A stretch of 64,000 nt of DNA, from the NCBI GenBank assembly GCA_964016885.1, contig OZ024740.1:72168001-72232000 (forward strand), read 5' to 3'. Under the pieces are notes generated by a model. It was not told the DNA's origin, searched no databases, and worked only from the letters and a program-made list of their open reading frames with translations. A program made the position numbers and the translations under genes. Each line of letters begins with the position of its first letter. The stretch's first letter is position 1. The stretch is from Eledone cirrhosa. Its lineage: Eukaryota. Positions 26,301 through 38,741 of this stretch are shown here, piece by piece.

Positions 26301-29300
26301 CTATCTATTAAATACAATAGACACTACCTTGATTCTATCTATTAAATACAATAGACACTACCTTGATTCTATCTATTAAATACTACAGACACTACCTTGA
26401 TTCTATCTATTAAATACTATAGACACTACCTTGATTCTATCTATTAAATACTACAGACACTACCTTGATTCTATCTATTAAATACAATAGGCACTACCTT
26501 GATTCTATCTATTAAATACTATAGACACTACCTTGATTCTATCTATTAAATACTATAGACACTACCTTGATTCTATCTATTAAATACTACAGACACTACC
26601 TTGATTCTATCTATTAAATACTATAGACACTACCTTGATTCTATCTATTAAATACTACAGACACTACCTTGATTCTATCTATTAAATACAATAGGCACTA
26701 CCTTGATTCTATCTATTAAATACTATAGACACTACCTTGATTCTATCTATTAAATACTACAGACCCTACCTTGATTCTATCTATTAAATACTATAGACAC
26801 TACCTTGATTCTATCTATTAAATACTACAGACACGACCTTGATTCTATCTATTAAATACTACAGACCCTACCTTGATTCTATCTATTAAATACTACAGGC
26901 ACTACCTGATTCTATCTATTAAATACTACAGACACTACCTTGATTCTATCTATTAAATACTATAGACACTACCTTGATTCTATCTATTAAATACTATAGA
27001 CTCTACTTTGATTCTATCTATTAAATACTACAGACACTACCCTGATTCTATCTATTAAATACTATAGACACTACCCTGATTCTATCTATTAAATACTATA
27101 GACACTACCTTGATTCTATCTATTAAATACTACAGACACTACCTTGATTCTATCTATTAAATACTATAGACACTACCTTGATTCTATCTATTAAATACTA
27201 TAGACACTACCTTGATTCTATCTATTAAATACTATAGACACTACCCTGATTCTATCTATTAAATACTATAGACACTACCTTGATTCTATCTATTAAATAC
27301 TATAGACACTACCCTGATTCTATCTATTAAATACTATAGACACTACCTTGATTCTATCTATTAAATACTATAGACACTACCTTGATTCTATCTATTAAAT
27401 ACTATAGACACTACCTTGATTCTATCTATTAAATACTATAGACACTACCCTGATTCTATCTATTAAATACTACAGACACTACCTTGATTCTATCTATTAA
27501 ATACTATAGACACTACCCTGATTCTATCTATTAAATACAATAGATACTACCTTGATTCTATCTATTAAATACTATAGACACTACCCTGATTCTATCTATT
27601 AAATACTACAGACACTACCTTGATTCTATCTATTAAATACTATAGACACTACCCTGATTCTATCTATTAAATACTATAGACACTACCTTGATTCTATCTA
27701 TTAAATACTATAGACTACCTTGATTCTATCTATTAAATACTATAGACACTACCCTGATTCTATCTATTAAATACTACAGACACTACCTTGATTCTATCTA
27801 TTAAATACTATAGACACTACCTTGATTCTATCTATTAAATACTATAGACACTACCCTGATTCTATCTATTAAATACTACAGACACTACCTTGATTCTATC
27901 TATTAAATACTATAGACACTACCTTGATTCTATCTATTAAATACTATAGACACTACCTTGATTCTATCTATTAAATACAATAGACACTACCCTGATTCTA
28001 TCTATTAAATACAATAGACACTACCTTGATTCTATCTATTAAATACAATAGACACTACCTTGATTCTATCTATTAAATACTATAGACACTACCTTGATTC
28101 TATCTATTAAATACTATAGACACTACCTTGATTCTATCTATTAAATACTATAGACTACCTTGATTCTATCTATTAAATACTATAGACACTACCCTGATTC
28201 TATCTATTAAATACTACAGACACTACCTTGATTCTATCTATTAAATACTATAGACACTACCTTGATTCTATCTATTAAATACTATAGACACTACCCTGAT
28301 TCTATCTATTAAATACTACAGACACTACCTTGATTCTATCTATTAAATACTATAGACACTACCTTGATTCTATCTATTAAATACTATAGACACTACCTTG
28401 ATTCTATCTATTAAATACAATAGACACTACCCTGATTCTATCTATTAAATACAATAGACACTACCTTGATTCTATCTATTAAATACAATAGACACTACCT
28501 TGATTCTATCTATTAAATACTATAGACACTACCTTGATTCTATCTATTAAATACTATAGACACTACCTTGATTCTATCTATTAAATACTATAGACACTAC
28601 CTTGATTCTATCTATTAAATACTATAGACACTACCTTGATTCTATCTATTAAATACTACAGACACTACCTTGATTCTATCTATTAAATACTATAGACACT
28701 ACCCTGATTCTATCTATTAAATACTACAGACACTACCTTGATTCTATCTATTAAATACTATAGACACTACCCTGATTCTATCTATTAAATACAATAGACA
28801 CTACCTTGATTCTATCTATTAAATACTACAGACCCTACCTTGATTCTATCTATTAAATACTACAGGCACTACCTGATTCTATCTATTAAATACTACAGAC
28901 ACTACCTTGATTCTATCTATTAAATACTATAGACACTACCTTGATTCTATCTATTAAATACTATAGACACTACTTTGATTCTATCTATTAAATACTACAG
29001 ACACTACCCTGATTCTATCTATTAAATACTACAGACACTACCTTGATTCTATCTATTAAATACTATAGACACTACCCTGATTCTATCTATTAAATACTAT
29101 AGACACTACCTTGATTCTATCTATTAAATACTATAGACACTACTTTGATTCTATCTATTAAATACTACAGACACTACCCTGATTCTATCTATTAAATACT
29201 ACAGACCCTACCCTGATTCTATCTATTAAATACTATAGACACTACCCTGATTCTATCTATTAAATACTATAGACACTACCTTGATTCTATCTATTAAATA

Positions 29301-32300
29301 CTACAGACACTACCTTGATTCTATCTATTAAATACAATAGGCACTACCTTGATTCTATCTATTAAATACTATAGACACTACCTTGATTCTATCTATTAAA
29401 TACTATAGACACTACCTTGATTCTATCTATTAAATACTACAGACACTACCTTGATTCTATCTATTAAATACTATAGACACTACCTTGATTCTATCTATTA
29501 AATACTACAGACACTACCTTGATTCTATCTATTAAATACAATAGGCACTACCTTGATTCTATCTATTAAATACTATAGACACTACCTTGATTCTATCTAT
29601 TAAATACTACAGACCCTACCTTGATTCTATCTATTAAATACTATAGACACTACCCTGATTCTATCTATTAAATACTATAGACACTACCTTGATTCTATCT
29701 ATTAAATACTACAGACACGACCTTGATTCTATCTATTAAATACTATAGACACTACCTTGATTCTATCTATTAAATACTATAGACACTACCTTGATTCTAT
29801 CTATTAAATACTACAGACACGACCTTGATTCTATCTATTAAATACTATAGACACTACCTTGATTCTATCTATTAAATACTATAGACACTACCTTGATTCT
29901 ATCTATTAAATACTACAGACACGACCTTGATTCTATCTATTAAATACTATAGACACTACCTTGATTCTATCTATTAAATACTACAGACACTACCTTGATT
30001 CTATCTATTAAATACAATAGGCACTACCTTGATTCTATCTATTAAATACTATAGACACTACCTTGATTCTATCTATTAAATACTACAGACCCTACCTTGA
30101 TTCTATCTATTAAATACTATAGACACTACCCTGATTCTATCTATTAAATACTATAGACACTACCTTGATTCTATCTATTAAATACTATAGACACTACCTT
30201 GATTCTATCTATTAAATACTATAGACACTACCTTGATTCTATCTATTAAATACTACAGACACGACCTTGATTCTATCTATTAAATACTATAGACACTACC
30301 TTGATTCTATCTATTAAATACTATAGACACTACCTTGATTCTATCTATTAAATACTATAGACACGACCTTGATTCTATCTATTAAATACTATAGACACTA
30401 CCCTGATTCTATCTATTAAATACTATAGACACTACCTTGATTCTATCTATTAAATACTATAGACACTACCTTGATTCTATCTATTAAATACTATAGACAC
30501 TACCTTGATTCTATCTATTAAATACTACAGACACGACCTTGATTCTATCTATTAAATACTATAGACACTACCTTGATTCTATCTATTAAATACTATAGAC
30601 ACTACCTTGATTCTATCTATTAAATACTACAGACACGACCTTGATTCTATCTATTAAATACTATAGACACTACCTTGATTCTATCTATTAAATACTATAG
30701 ACACTACCTTGATTCTATCTATTAAATACTACAGACCCTACCTTGATTCTATCTATTAAATACTATAGACACTACCTTGATTCTATCTATTAAATACTAT
30801 AGACACTACCTTGATTCTATCTATTAAATACTATAGACACTACCTTGATTCTATCTATTAAATACTACAGATACTACCTTGATTCTATCTATTAAATACT
30901 ACAGACACGACCTTGATTCTATCTATTAAATACTATAGACACTACCTTGATTCTATCTATTAAATACTACAGGCACTACCTGATTCTATCTATTAAATAC
31001 TACAGACACTACCTTGATTCTATCTATTAAATACTATAGACACTACCTTGATTCTATCTATTAAATACTATAGACACTACTTTGATTCTATCTATTAAAT
31101 ACTACAGACACTACCCTGATTCTATCTATTAAATACTATAGACACTACCCTGATTCTATCTATTAAATACTATAGACACTACCTTGATTCTATCTATTAA
31201 ATACTACAGACACTACCTTGATTCTATCTATTAAATACTATAGACACTACCTTGATTCTATCTATTAAATACTATAGACACTACCTTGATTCTATCTATT
31301 AAATACTATAGACACTACCCTGATTCTATCTATTAAATACTATAGACACTACCTTGATTCTATCTATTAAATACTATAGACACTACCCTGATTCTATCTA
31401 TTAAATACTATAGACACTACCTTGATTCTATCTATTAAATACTATAGACACTACCTTGATTCTATCTATTAAATACTATAGACACTACCTTGATTCTATC
31501 TATTAAATACTATAGACACTACCCTGATTCTATCTATTAAATACTACAGACACTACCTTGATTCTATCTATTAAATACTATAGACACTACCCTGATTCTA
31601 TCTATTAAATACAATAGACACTACCTTGATTCTATCTATTAAATACTATAGACACTACCCTGATTCTATCTATTAAATACTATAGACACTACCTTGATTC
31701 TATCTATTAAATACTATAGACACTACCCTGATTCTATCTATTAAATACTATAGACACTACCTTGATTCTATCTATTAAATACTATAGACACTACCTTGAT
31801 TCTATCTATTAAATACTATAGACTACCTTGATTCTATCTATTAAATACTATAGACACTACCCTGATTCTATCTATTAAATACTACAGACACTACCTTGAT
31901 TCTATCTATTAAATACTATAGACACTACCCTGATTCTATCTATTAAATACAATAGACACTACCTTGATTCTATCTATTAAATACAATAGACACTACCTTG
32001 ATTCTATCTATTAAATACTACAGACACTACCTTGATTCTATCTATTAAATACTATAGACACTACCTTGATTCTATCTATTAAATACTACAGACACTACCT
32101 TGATTCTATCTATTAAATACTATAGACACTACCTTGATTCTATCTATTAAATACTATAGACACTACCTTGATTCTATCTATTAAATACAATAGACACTAC
32201 CTTGATTCTATCTATTAAATACTATAGACACTACCTTGATTCTATCTATTAAATACTATAGACACTACCTTGATTCTATCTATTAAATACAATAGACACT

Positions 32301-32942
32301 ACCCTGATTCTATCTATTAAATACTATAGACACTACCTTGATTCTATCTATTAAATACTATAGACACTACCTTGATTCTATCTATTAAATACTATAGACA
32401 CTACCCTGATTCTATCTATTAAATACTATAGACACTACCTTGATTCTATCTATTAAATACTATAGACACTACCTTGATTCTATCTATTAAATACTATAGA
32501 CACTACCTTGATTCTATCTATTAAATACTACAGACACTACCTTGATTCTATCTATTAAATACTATAGACACTACCCTGATTCTATCTATTAAATACAATA
32601 GACACTACCTTGATTCTATCTATTAAATACTATAGACACTACCCTGATTCTATCTATTAAATACTATAGACACTACCTTGATTCTATCTATTAAATACTA
32701 TAGACACTACCTTGATTCTATCTATTAAATACTACAGACACTACCTTGATTCTATCTATTAAATACTATAGACACTACCTTGATTCTATCTATTAAATAC
32801 TATAGACACTACCCTGATTCTATCTATTAAATACAATAGACACTACCTTGATTCTATCTATTAAATACTATAGACACTACCCTGATTCTATCTATTAAAT
32901 ACTATAGACACTACCTTGATTCTATCTATTAAATACTATAGA
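23348..32942. repeat. 34-bp minisatellite, block 2 (~280 units)
   Basis: Same unit; variant order largely repeats that of block 1. Confidence 0.99.
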
Positions 32943-33384
32943 TAATCTAGCTGTCGTCTGTTCTACAGTGTGGATGTCATTCACTTCGCACAGAAGTTTT
33001 GTTCAAATTTATTGAGGAAATTTTGTGAGTTCAAACTTAATTTTGATACAATTGTGTAGCTTGACCCTCCGTCTGAACTGTCAGGCGGTGGGTCAGCTCA
33101 TCTCTACCCCTCCTAGAGGTGAAAAACCTGTTTAAAAAATTTTGTGTAAAAAATTTCAATCGTCTAACAGAAATGTTAAACGCAGCGAATGAAAATAGTG
33201 GTGGGGGGACAGCGGTAAGAGTTGTAAGCTCGCACGCTTTAGTCCTCCCTTCCATCCCAACTAACGTCATAGAGAAGGAAGGAAAAATTAAAATAAAAAC
33301 GGACGAATCTGCGGAGAAAAAATTAAATGACGAAAACATAAATCTGGACTTGGATTCCAACAACGAAAAAAAAAATTTGAAAAA

Positions 33385-35073
33385 TTGCATGACAATACTA
33401 ATAACACAAACAAAGACACAACAAATAAAAAAATAACAGTTGAAAATAACACCATATCAGAAAACAAAGCAGACGACAAGATTTCGTTTGCACAGAAAAC
33501 AAAGAAATCTTTGACTTATATAGCGGAAAACATTTCAGATGTGGTACGAAGGATCACGGACGCCAAACAATACATAAGTGAAGGTGAGAATGGTATTTTA
33601 TCGGTAAAAATGCCTCAAGAATTCACGAAAGACATTGAAAGCCGAACGGTCAAGTTTTGGACCATCAACAACAGTACAAAAAAACCTGAACAACCTTCTC
33701 AAGCAGATATCAAAACAGTACTCACAGAAGTACTGAATGAAACAACTTTCATAAGAAAAGACAGACTGTATGGAAGCCTAGCAATTATCATGAAGAACGA
33801 ATCGGCGGCAAAAAAATGTGCTTTGTCACCGATTCGTTCGAAAAATTTCACCTTTTATCCATCTTATATGGGGAAAAGAACTCAACGCATATGGCTGGAT
33901 GCAATGATGCCAGATGTGGACTACTGCTGGCTCATAGCTGGCTTCATCGATCCAGTGAATGACAACGTGATTTCCATTGGGAAAACCACAAGCAATGCGT
34001 TCAGTGGAACAGGTATAGAGCTGGTAGTACAAATGAAGCCTGAACGCATCGCCCAAATACCCGACAGAATCCTATTAGAGGACCACGGGTATATAAACAT
34101 TAGCGTGGAGGGGAGAAGGCCTTCCTGCCATATCTGTGCAGGCAGAGGGCACCTGAAGGCCGCTTGTCCCCAACTCAACAAAAAGAAAACCCTGCTACCA
34201 ACACCAGCTCCACCACCACCACCACAACAGATAAACAAACAACAAAACTCAGTCCCACCCAACCCGTCCCTCAGTAAAACCACAACACCACCACAACACA
34301 AACAGTCACAACACATTACCCCAAAACAAAATACAGGCCCACCCAACCTCTCACTCAATAAAACAACACAACCACCGCAGACACAACACACAACACAGTC
34401 TAACATAGTGACATCCATCTCCCCCACAAAGAAAACCAACACGGAAACATTACCAGCAAACATACCTCTTCCCTCCAACACTGAAGATAACCCAACGAAT
34501 TCAGAGGAAGAAACGGAGTCCTTCAGACAGATTAAAAGGAAAAAAAGAAAACATGTGCAAAACACACAAGGACAAACAACCCCCACCCAAATCGCAACGC
34601 AATCCAACAAAACAGAAAACACCCCTCCAGCAACAAACAAAACCAAACCTGCCCCTCCCCTCTTCGAAACACTCACACCATCGGAAAAAAAGACATTACA
34701 CTATACTTACATCAACAGAAACAATAATAAATTAAATGAACTCATATACAATAATCCTTCGGTACAAACCGAAGGTGTAAACTTTGTTTCGTCAGAAAAC
34801 CACCCACATTTAAAACTAATAAAAATCCCAATGAACCTCTACCAAAAACTAAAAAAGGATTTTAAGGAGGACGTAGGACCACCCTCTGTCAAACCCATAA
34901 ACCGCGTCCTACTAAAAAGCTTTCCCCCTCCCCTTCCCCTCCCCAACACAACTCCAAACACCCCAACCCCACCACACACTGACGACCCCACACCACCACA
35001 AGACACCCCTTCACCCAACACCCCCGACCCCATGGAAGTCGTGCAACCCGAACCCCGGGAAGCGGAAAGGTAG
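33385..35073 (+). CDS. Retrotransposon ORF1, copy 2 (probable true start ATG 33173)
   Basis: Identical translation to 17991-19679. Confidence 0.9.
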   Translation: MHDNTNNTNKDTTNKKITVENNTISENKADDKISFAQKTKKSLTYIAENISDVVRRITDAKQYISEGENGILSVKMPQEFTKDIESRTVKFWTINNSTKKPEQPSQADIKTVLTEVLNETTFIRKDRLYGSLAIIMKNESAAKKCALSPIRSKNFTFYPSYMGKRTQRIWLDAMMPDVDYCWLIAGFIDPVNDNVISIGKTTSNAFSGTGIELVVQMKPERIAQIPDRILLEDHGYINISVEGRRPSCHICAGRGHLKAACPQLNKKKTLLPTPAPPPPPQQINKQQNSVPPNPSLSKTTTPPQHKQSQHITPKQNTGPPNLSLNKTTQPPQTQHTTQSNIVTSISPTKKTNTETLPANIPLPSNTEDNPTNSEEETESFRQIKRKKRKHVQNTQGQTTPTQIATQSNKTENTPPATNKTKPAPPLFETLTPSEKKTLHYTYINRNNNKLNELIYNNPSVQTEGVNFVSSENHPHLKLIKIPMNLYQKLKKDFKEDVGPPSVKPINRVLLKSFPPPLPLPNTTPNTPTPPHTDDPTPPQDTPSPNTPDPMEVVQPEPREAER

Positions 35074-35106
35074 GTCTCTACACTCTCCTTTGGCTCTGCC
35101 GCCCAC

Positions 35107-38100
35107 ATGGATGTGTTAAGAGTAGGATGTTTGAATGCACGTGGCCTGGGCTCAACTTGGAAGCAAGCAAAGCTTCTAAATGACCTCAGGTCATGTAGTA
35201 TAAATGTAATGGTTATCTGTGAGACTCGAATCAGCGTCGTGCGGCAGCTGGCCCCCACCTTCGATGACTTTGAGGTGCATGCATCTCTCTGTCAACCTGG
35301 AGGTGGGGTTGTACTGCTGCAAAAACACCTGGGTCTTGCCGTACAGGTTGTGCACTCGGACCCGGAGGGTCGTTTGTTGGTGCTAGACGTTGGCAGTAGT
35401 GAAAGTGCGGCCTTGAGACTGGTCGCCGTCTACTCCCCTTTCGGAGCTGAACGGCCCGACTTCTTCCAGCGTTTGGAGACTTTTCTGGGAACGTCGCGTT
35501 CCCTGCTTCTAGCGGGGGATTGGAATGACATCCTGGATGCACGTTGGGACTATGCAGGAGCATGTCCTAATAGAGGGGGGTGTAACAGCCTCAAGGGGTT
35601 ACTCGACTGTTTTAACTTGGTCGATAGATATCGACTAGATTTTCCAACTGTGCCTACCTGGACTTGGAGAAACCACAGTGGTCAATCTAGATCGTACTTA
35701 GATAGATTCTTAGTTAGAAGTAAGGATAGGGACATATTAAGCTGTCCAGAAATGCGCACGGTTGGCTACACGGATCACAAATTAGTGACCTGCGTGGTCA
35801 ATCTCGAGAAAACACATAGACAGGGTCCCGGTTACTGGAAACTTAATTTGTCTTTACCGGCAAAAGAGACTTACAGAAACCGGATTAGCAGATTAGTTAA
35901 GGAGAGGTTGACGGGTGCAATCGTCAACAACCGATGGTGGGCATCTCTCAAAAGAGAGATTAGAACAGAATCAATAAGTTATAGCAAGATGTTAGCTGCC
36001 GATAGGAATAGAAACGAGAAAGAATTAACAGGTAAATTAGAAGAGGCAATCAAGAGCGAAGATGTGGCCAGAGTGCTGGCATCGAGGACGGCCTTGAACC
36101 AGTTTTTCGATGCAAAGCACGAAGGCTGCGTCATTCGAAGTAAAATACGTGCTCTAGGTAATGAGGGGGCCAAAGCCGTTGGATGGGCCCGCGTGACAGA
36201 AGCTAAGAGTGGAAATCGATCCACCATCCGGTCGTTGCAAGACGAAGATGGACGAGTGATCCGGGAGCCTAAGCAGATGTGCGAGGCCTTTCAAAAGCAC
36301 TTTGCCCGATTGTTCGGGGGAGGCGAGGGTCCGGGCCGGGGCGTGGATTTCGGTCCATACCTCGACGGCCTGCCGCGTCTCTCGAACGAAGAGGCAGAGG
36401 GACCAATCTCGGCTGATGAGATCGGAAATGCGCTGAGCCAATGCAGCAGATGCAAATCTCCAGGTCTCGATGGTATACCTTACGAACTTTATTTAGCAAT
36501 GCCGGTCTTCTTCTCCGAACTCCTCGAAGCGGTCTACTGCAATTGGCAGCAGAACGGGAGAATTCCTTGTTCTGTAGCCAAGGGCGTAGTCACGCTGGTG
36601 AGGAAGGACGAGAACAAGGGGGATAGTATAAATAATTTTCGGCCCATAACCCTGCTTAACACAGAGTTAAAGATTTTGGCCAAGGTGCTAGCAAAGAGGT
36701 TGGCGCTTGTCGTGGGTGGCCTGGTGGGAGATGCGCAGACATGTGCTATCCCATCCAGGTCCATTCACGATAACCTCCACCTCATGCGATACATCATAGA
36801 GAGGGTTGGCAACAAACCCGGCTTCGGTGGGGCCCTGATCAACTTGGATCAGTCTAAGGCCTTCGATAGGGTCGACCATGGTTACCTGGATGCGGTGCTA
36901 GCGGCGGCTGGGTTCGGTCCTGTTTTCAGAGGCTGGATCACTGCCCTACATAGCAACCACATCTGTTCTAGGATCAAGGTGAACGGCTACCTTTCGAAGC
37001 CGTTCGAAATCACACGATCCATTCGACAGGGGTGCCCTCTCTTCTCCCTTCTGTACGTATTGACTCTCGAGCCTTTACTGAGGAAGTTGGAGTTGTTGCA
37101 GGGTATCCCCCTGAAACCAGGATTGAGCAAAGCGGTGTCGGCCTACGCCGATGACGTAACAGTAATGGTATCAACCGACTCGGAGATCGAGGCGATCGGT
37201 ACCTTACTGGAGGAGTACGAAAGGTTGTCAGGAGCGAAACTGAACCGGGAAAAATCCATCGGGCTGCAACTCGGAACGTGGAGAGGCAAACCGATGCCTC
37301 CTGACGGTGTCGTCGGACACTGGACAGAGGGCCCGGTAAAGTTGCTTGGGGTCTGGTTTGGACCGGACCTCCAGGTGGAAAAGAACTGGAACGAGGTTAC
37401 GAACAAGGTGTTTGCACTAACCCAGAAATGGGCCAAGTGTAAGCTGTCCCTAAAAGGCCGGGCGGAGGTGGCGAACATTTACATAGCGTCCGTCACTTAC
37501 TACCGCCTGACTGTCGTGCCTTGCCCTAAGGAAACACTCACCACCATGGAACGCATGCTCTTCCAATTTCTTTGGAAGAAGCGTCCTCCTATGGTGAGAA
37601 GATCCATCTGCTGCCAACAACCTTCGAAAGGAGGACTGGGGATGCCGTGGTTGATGATGCGTAGGCACGCATTAAGGCTACGGCACCTACAGGTATTCCT
37701 CACTGGTCAACCGGTGTGGGCTCCGTTCGTGAAACGAGCCTTTCCGAGACTCGTCTCACTCACCGAGCTACAGTCCTGGGTCAAGCAAAGATCCGGAAAA
37801 CTGGGAGACTGGCACACTGAGTGTGCTCAGGCGCTCAGGGCTCTCTGGCAAGCGGGCCAGGCCATCGGTGGAGAATCCACCTCATCATTCTATAGAGGGC
37901 TGGTGGCTAGCAGGGGCGATGACACCCTTGGAGAGTCGCTGGACATGGAAGAAGACGAACTGGCCAGCCTGTTCGGTAGGACTTTCGGCCCTGGACCAAT
38001 GGACAACTTCCAGAAGTCACTGGCCTGGCAGTGCTACCGAGGGGCTCTACCCGTTCGAGAGAGGCTCTACAGACACGGGCGCCCGGGCAGGGATCCCTCA

Positions 38101-38526
38101 AAAAAGATTTGCCCTAGATGCGTGCGTCACGAAGAAACCGTAGCGCACGCATTGGTGCAATGTCCGGGCGTGGCTGATCTGTGGGGCTACGCCGAACAAC
38201 TGTTGTCGCGGGTGGCGCCGATTAAATTGACCGCCGAGTCCGTGATGACAATCAAACCGCCTCCCCTCTTCACAAAGGAAGCAAAGGCGGTTTTTCTGTG
38301 CGTAATAGCCATGTTGAAAGAGGTTGTTTGGTGGACACGATTGAAAGGTCTGAGGTCAGGCAACTTCCTCTCTGGCCATAGTCTGGTCTACTTCTTCCGA
38401 TATCACTTCGGAAGAAGGATAAGAATGGAGAGAGAGGTGCTTGGCCACAGGCAGTTTTATGAAAGGTGGGTGATAGTGGCGAGAATGGCTCGTGTAAATG
38501 GGCCTTCTCTGTATACCATCCTGTAG
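35107..38526 (+). CDS. Retrotransposon ORF2 (APE-RT-ZF), copy 2
   Basis: Identical translation to 19713-23132. Confidence 0.97.
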   Translation: MDVLRVGCLNARGLGSTWKQAKLLNDLRSCSINVMVICETRISVVRQLAPTFDDFEVHASLCQPGGGVVLLQKHLGLAVQVVHSDPEGRLLVLDVGSSESAALRLVAVYSPFGAERPDFFQRLETFLGTSRSLLLAGDWNDILDARWDYAGACPNRGGCNSLKGLLDCFNLVDRYRLDFPTVPTWTWRNHSGQSRSYLDRFLVRSKDRDILSCPEMRTVGYTDHKLVTCVVNLEKTHRQGPGYWKLNLSLPAKETYRNRISRLVKERLTGAIVNNRWWASLKREIRTESISYSKMLAADRNRNEKELTGKLEEAIKSEDVARVLASRTALNQFFDAKHEGCVIRSKIRALGNEGAKAVGWARVTEAKSGNRSTIRSLQDEDGRVIREPKQMCEAFQKHFARLFGGGEGPGRGVDFGPYLDGLPRLSNEEAEGPISADEIGNALSQCSRCKSPGLDGIPYELYLAMPVFFSELLEAVYCNWQQNGRIPCSVAKGVVTLVRKDENKGDSINNFRPITLLNTELKILAKVLAKRLALVVGGLVGDAQTCAIPSRSIHDNLHLMRYIIERVGNKPGFGGALINLDQSKAFDRVDHGYLDAVLAAAGFGPVFRGWITALHSNHICSRIKVNGYLSKPFEITRSIRQGCPLFSLLYVLTLEPLLRKLELLQGIPLKPGLSKAVSAYADDVTVMVSTDSEIEAIGTLLEEYERLSGAKLNREKSIGLQLGTWRGKPMPPDGVVGHWTEGPVKLLGVWFGPDLQVEKNWNEVTNKVFALTQKWAKCKLSLKGRAEVANIYIASVTYYRLTVVPCPKETLTTMERMLFQFLWKKRPPMVRRSICCQQPSKGGLGMPWLMMRRHALRLRHLQVFLTGQPVWAPFVKRAFPRLVSLTELQSWVKQRSGKLGDWHTECAQALRALWQAGQAIGGESTSSFYRGLVASRGDDTLGESLDMEEDELASLFGRTFGPGPMDNFQKSLAWQCYRGALPVRERLYRHGRPGRDPSKKICPRCVRHEETVAHALVQCPGVADLWGYAEQLLSRVAPIKLTAESVMTIKPPPLFTKEAKAVFLCVIAMLKEVVWWTRLKGLRSGNFLSGHSLVYFFRYHFGRRIRMEREVLGHRQFYERWVIVARMARVNGPSLYTIL

Positions 38527-38741
38527 GTAAAGAAGTAAAGGAGAGGGGAGCACCTTCTCCATGTGCTCCCCGGGCAAAGGATTGCACACTTTTTCGGGGG
38601 TGTGTGCAACCCCCATCACATCCCCTCCCTTTTGAGGTTATTTTCGATTATTTTCATGTTACACCCTTTTTACTCGATTATATGTAAACTCCCCCTTTGT
38701 ATTTGTCCCTTCTTTTTATGCCTTTATGGTAAATAAAGAAA

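Larger units (their letters stand above)
32943..38741 (+). mobile_element. Tx1-clade non-LTR retrotransposon, copy 2
   Basis: All ORF-track translations are identical to copy 1 at a constant offset of 15,394; same junctions and same 22-bp duplication (32921-32942, 38742-38763). Confidence 0.95.

Noticed and set aside
32943-38741. Second element as independent proof of site-specific insertion
   Set aside because: Rare flanking unit variants are shared on both sides, which points to duplication of one insertion.
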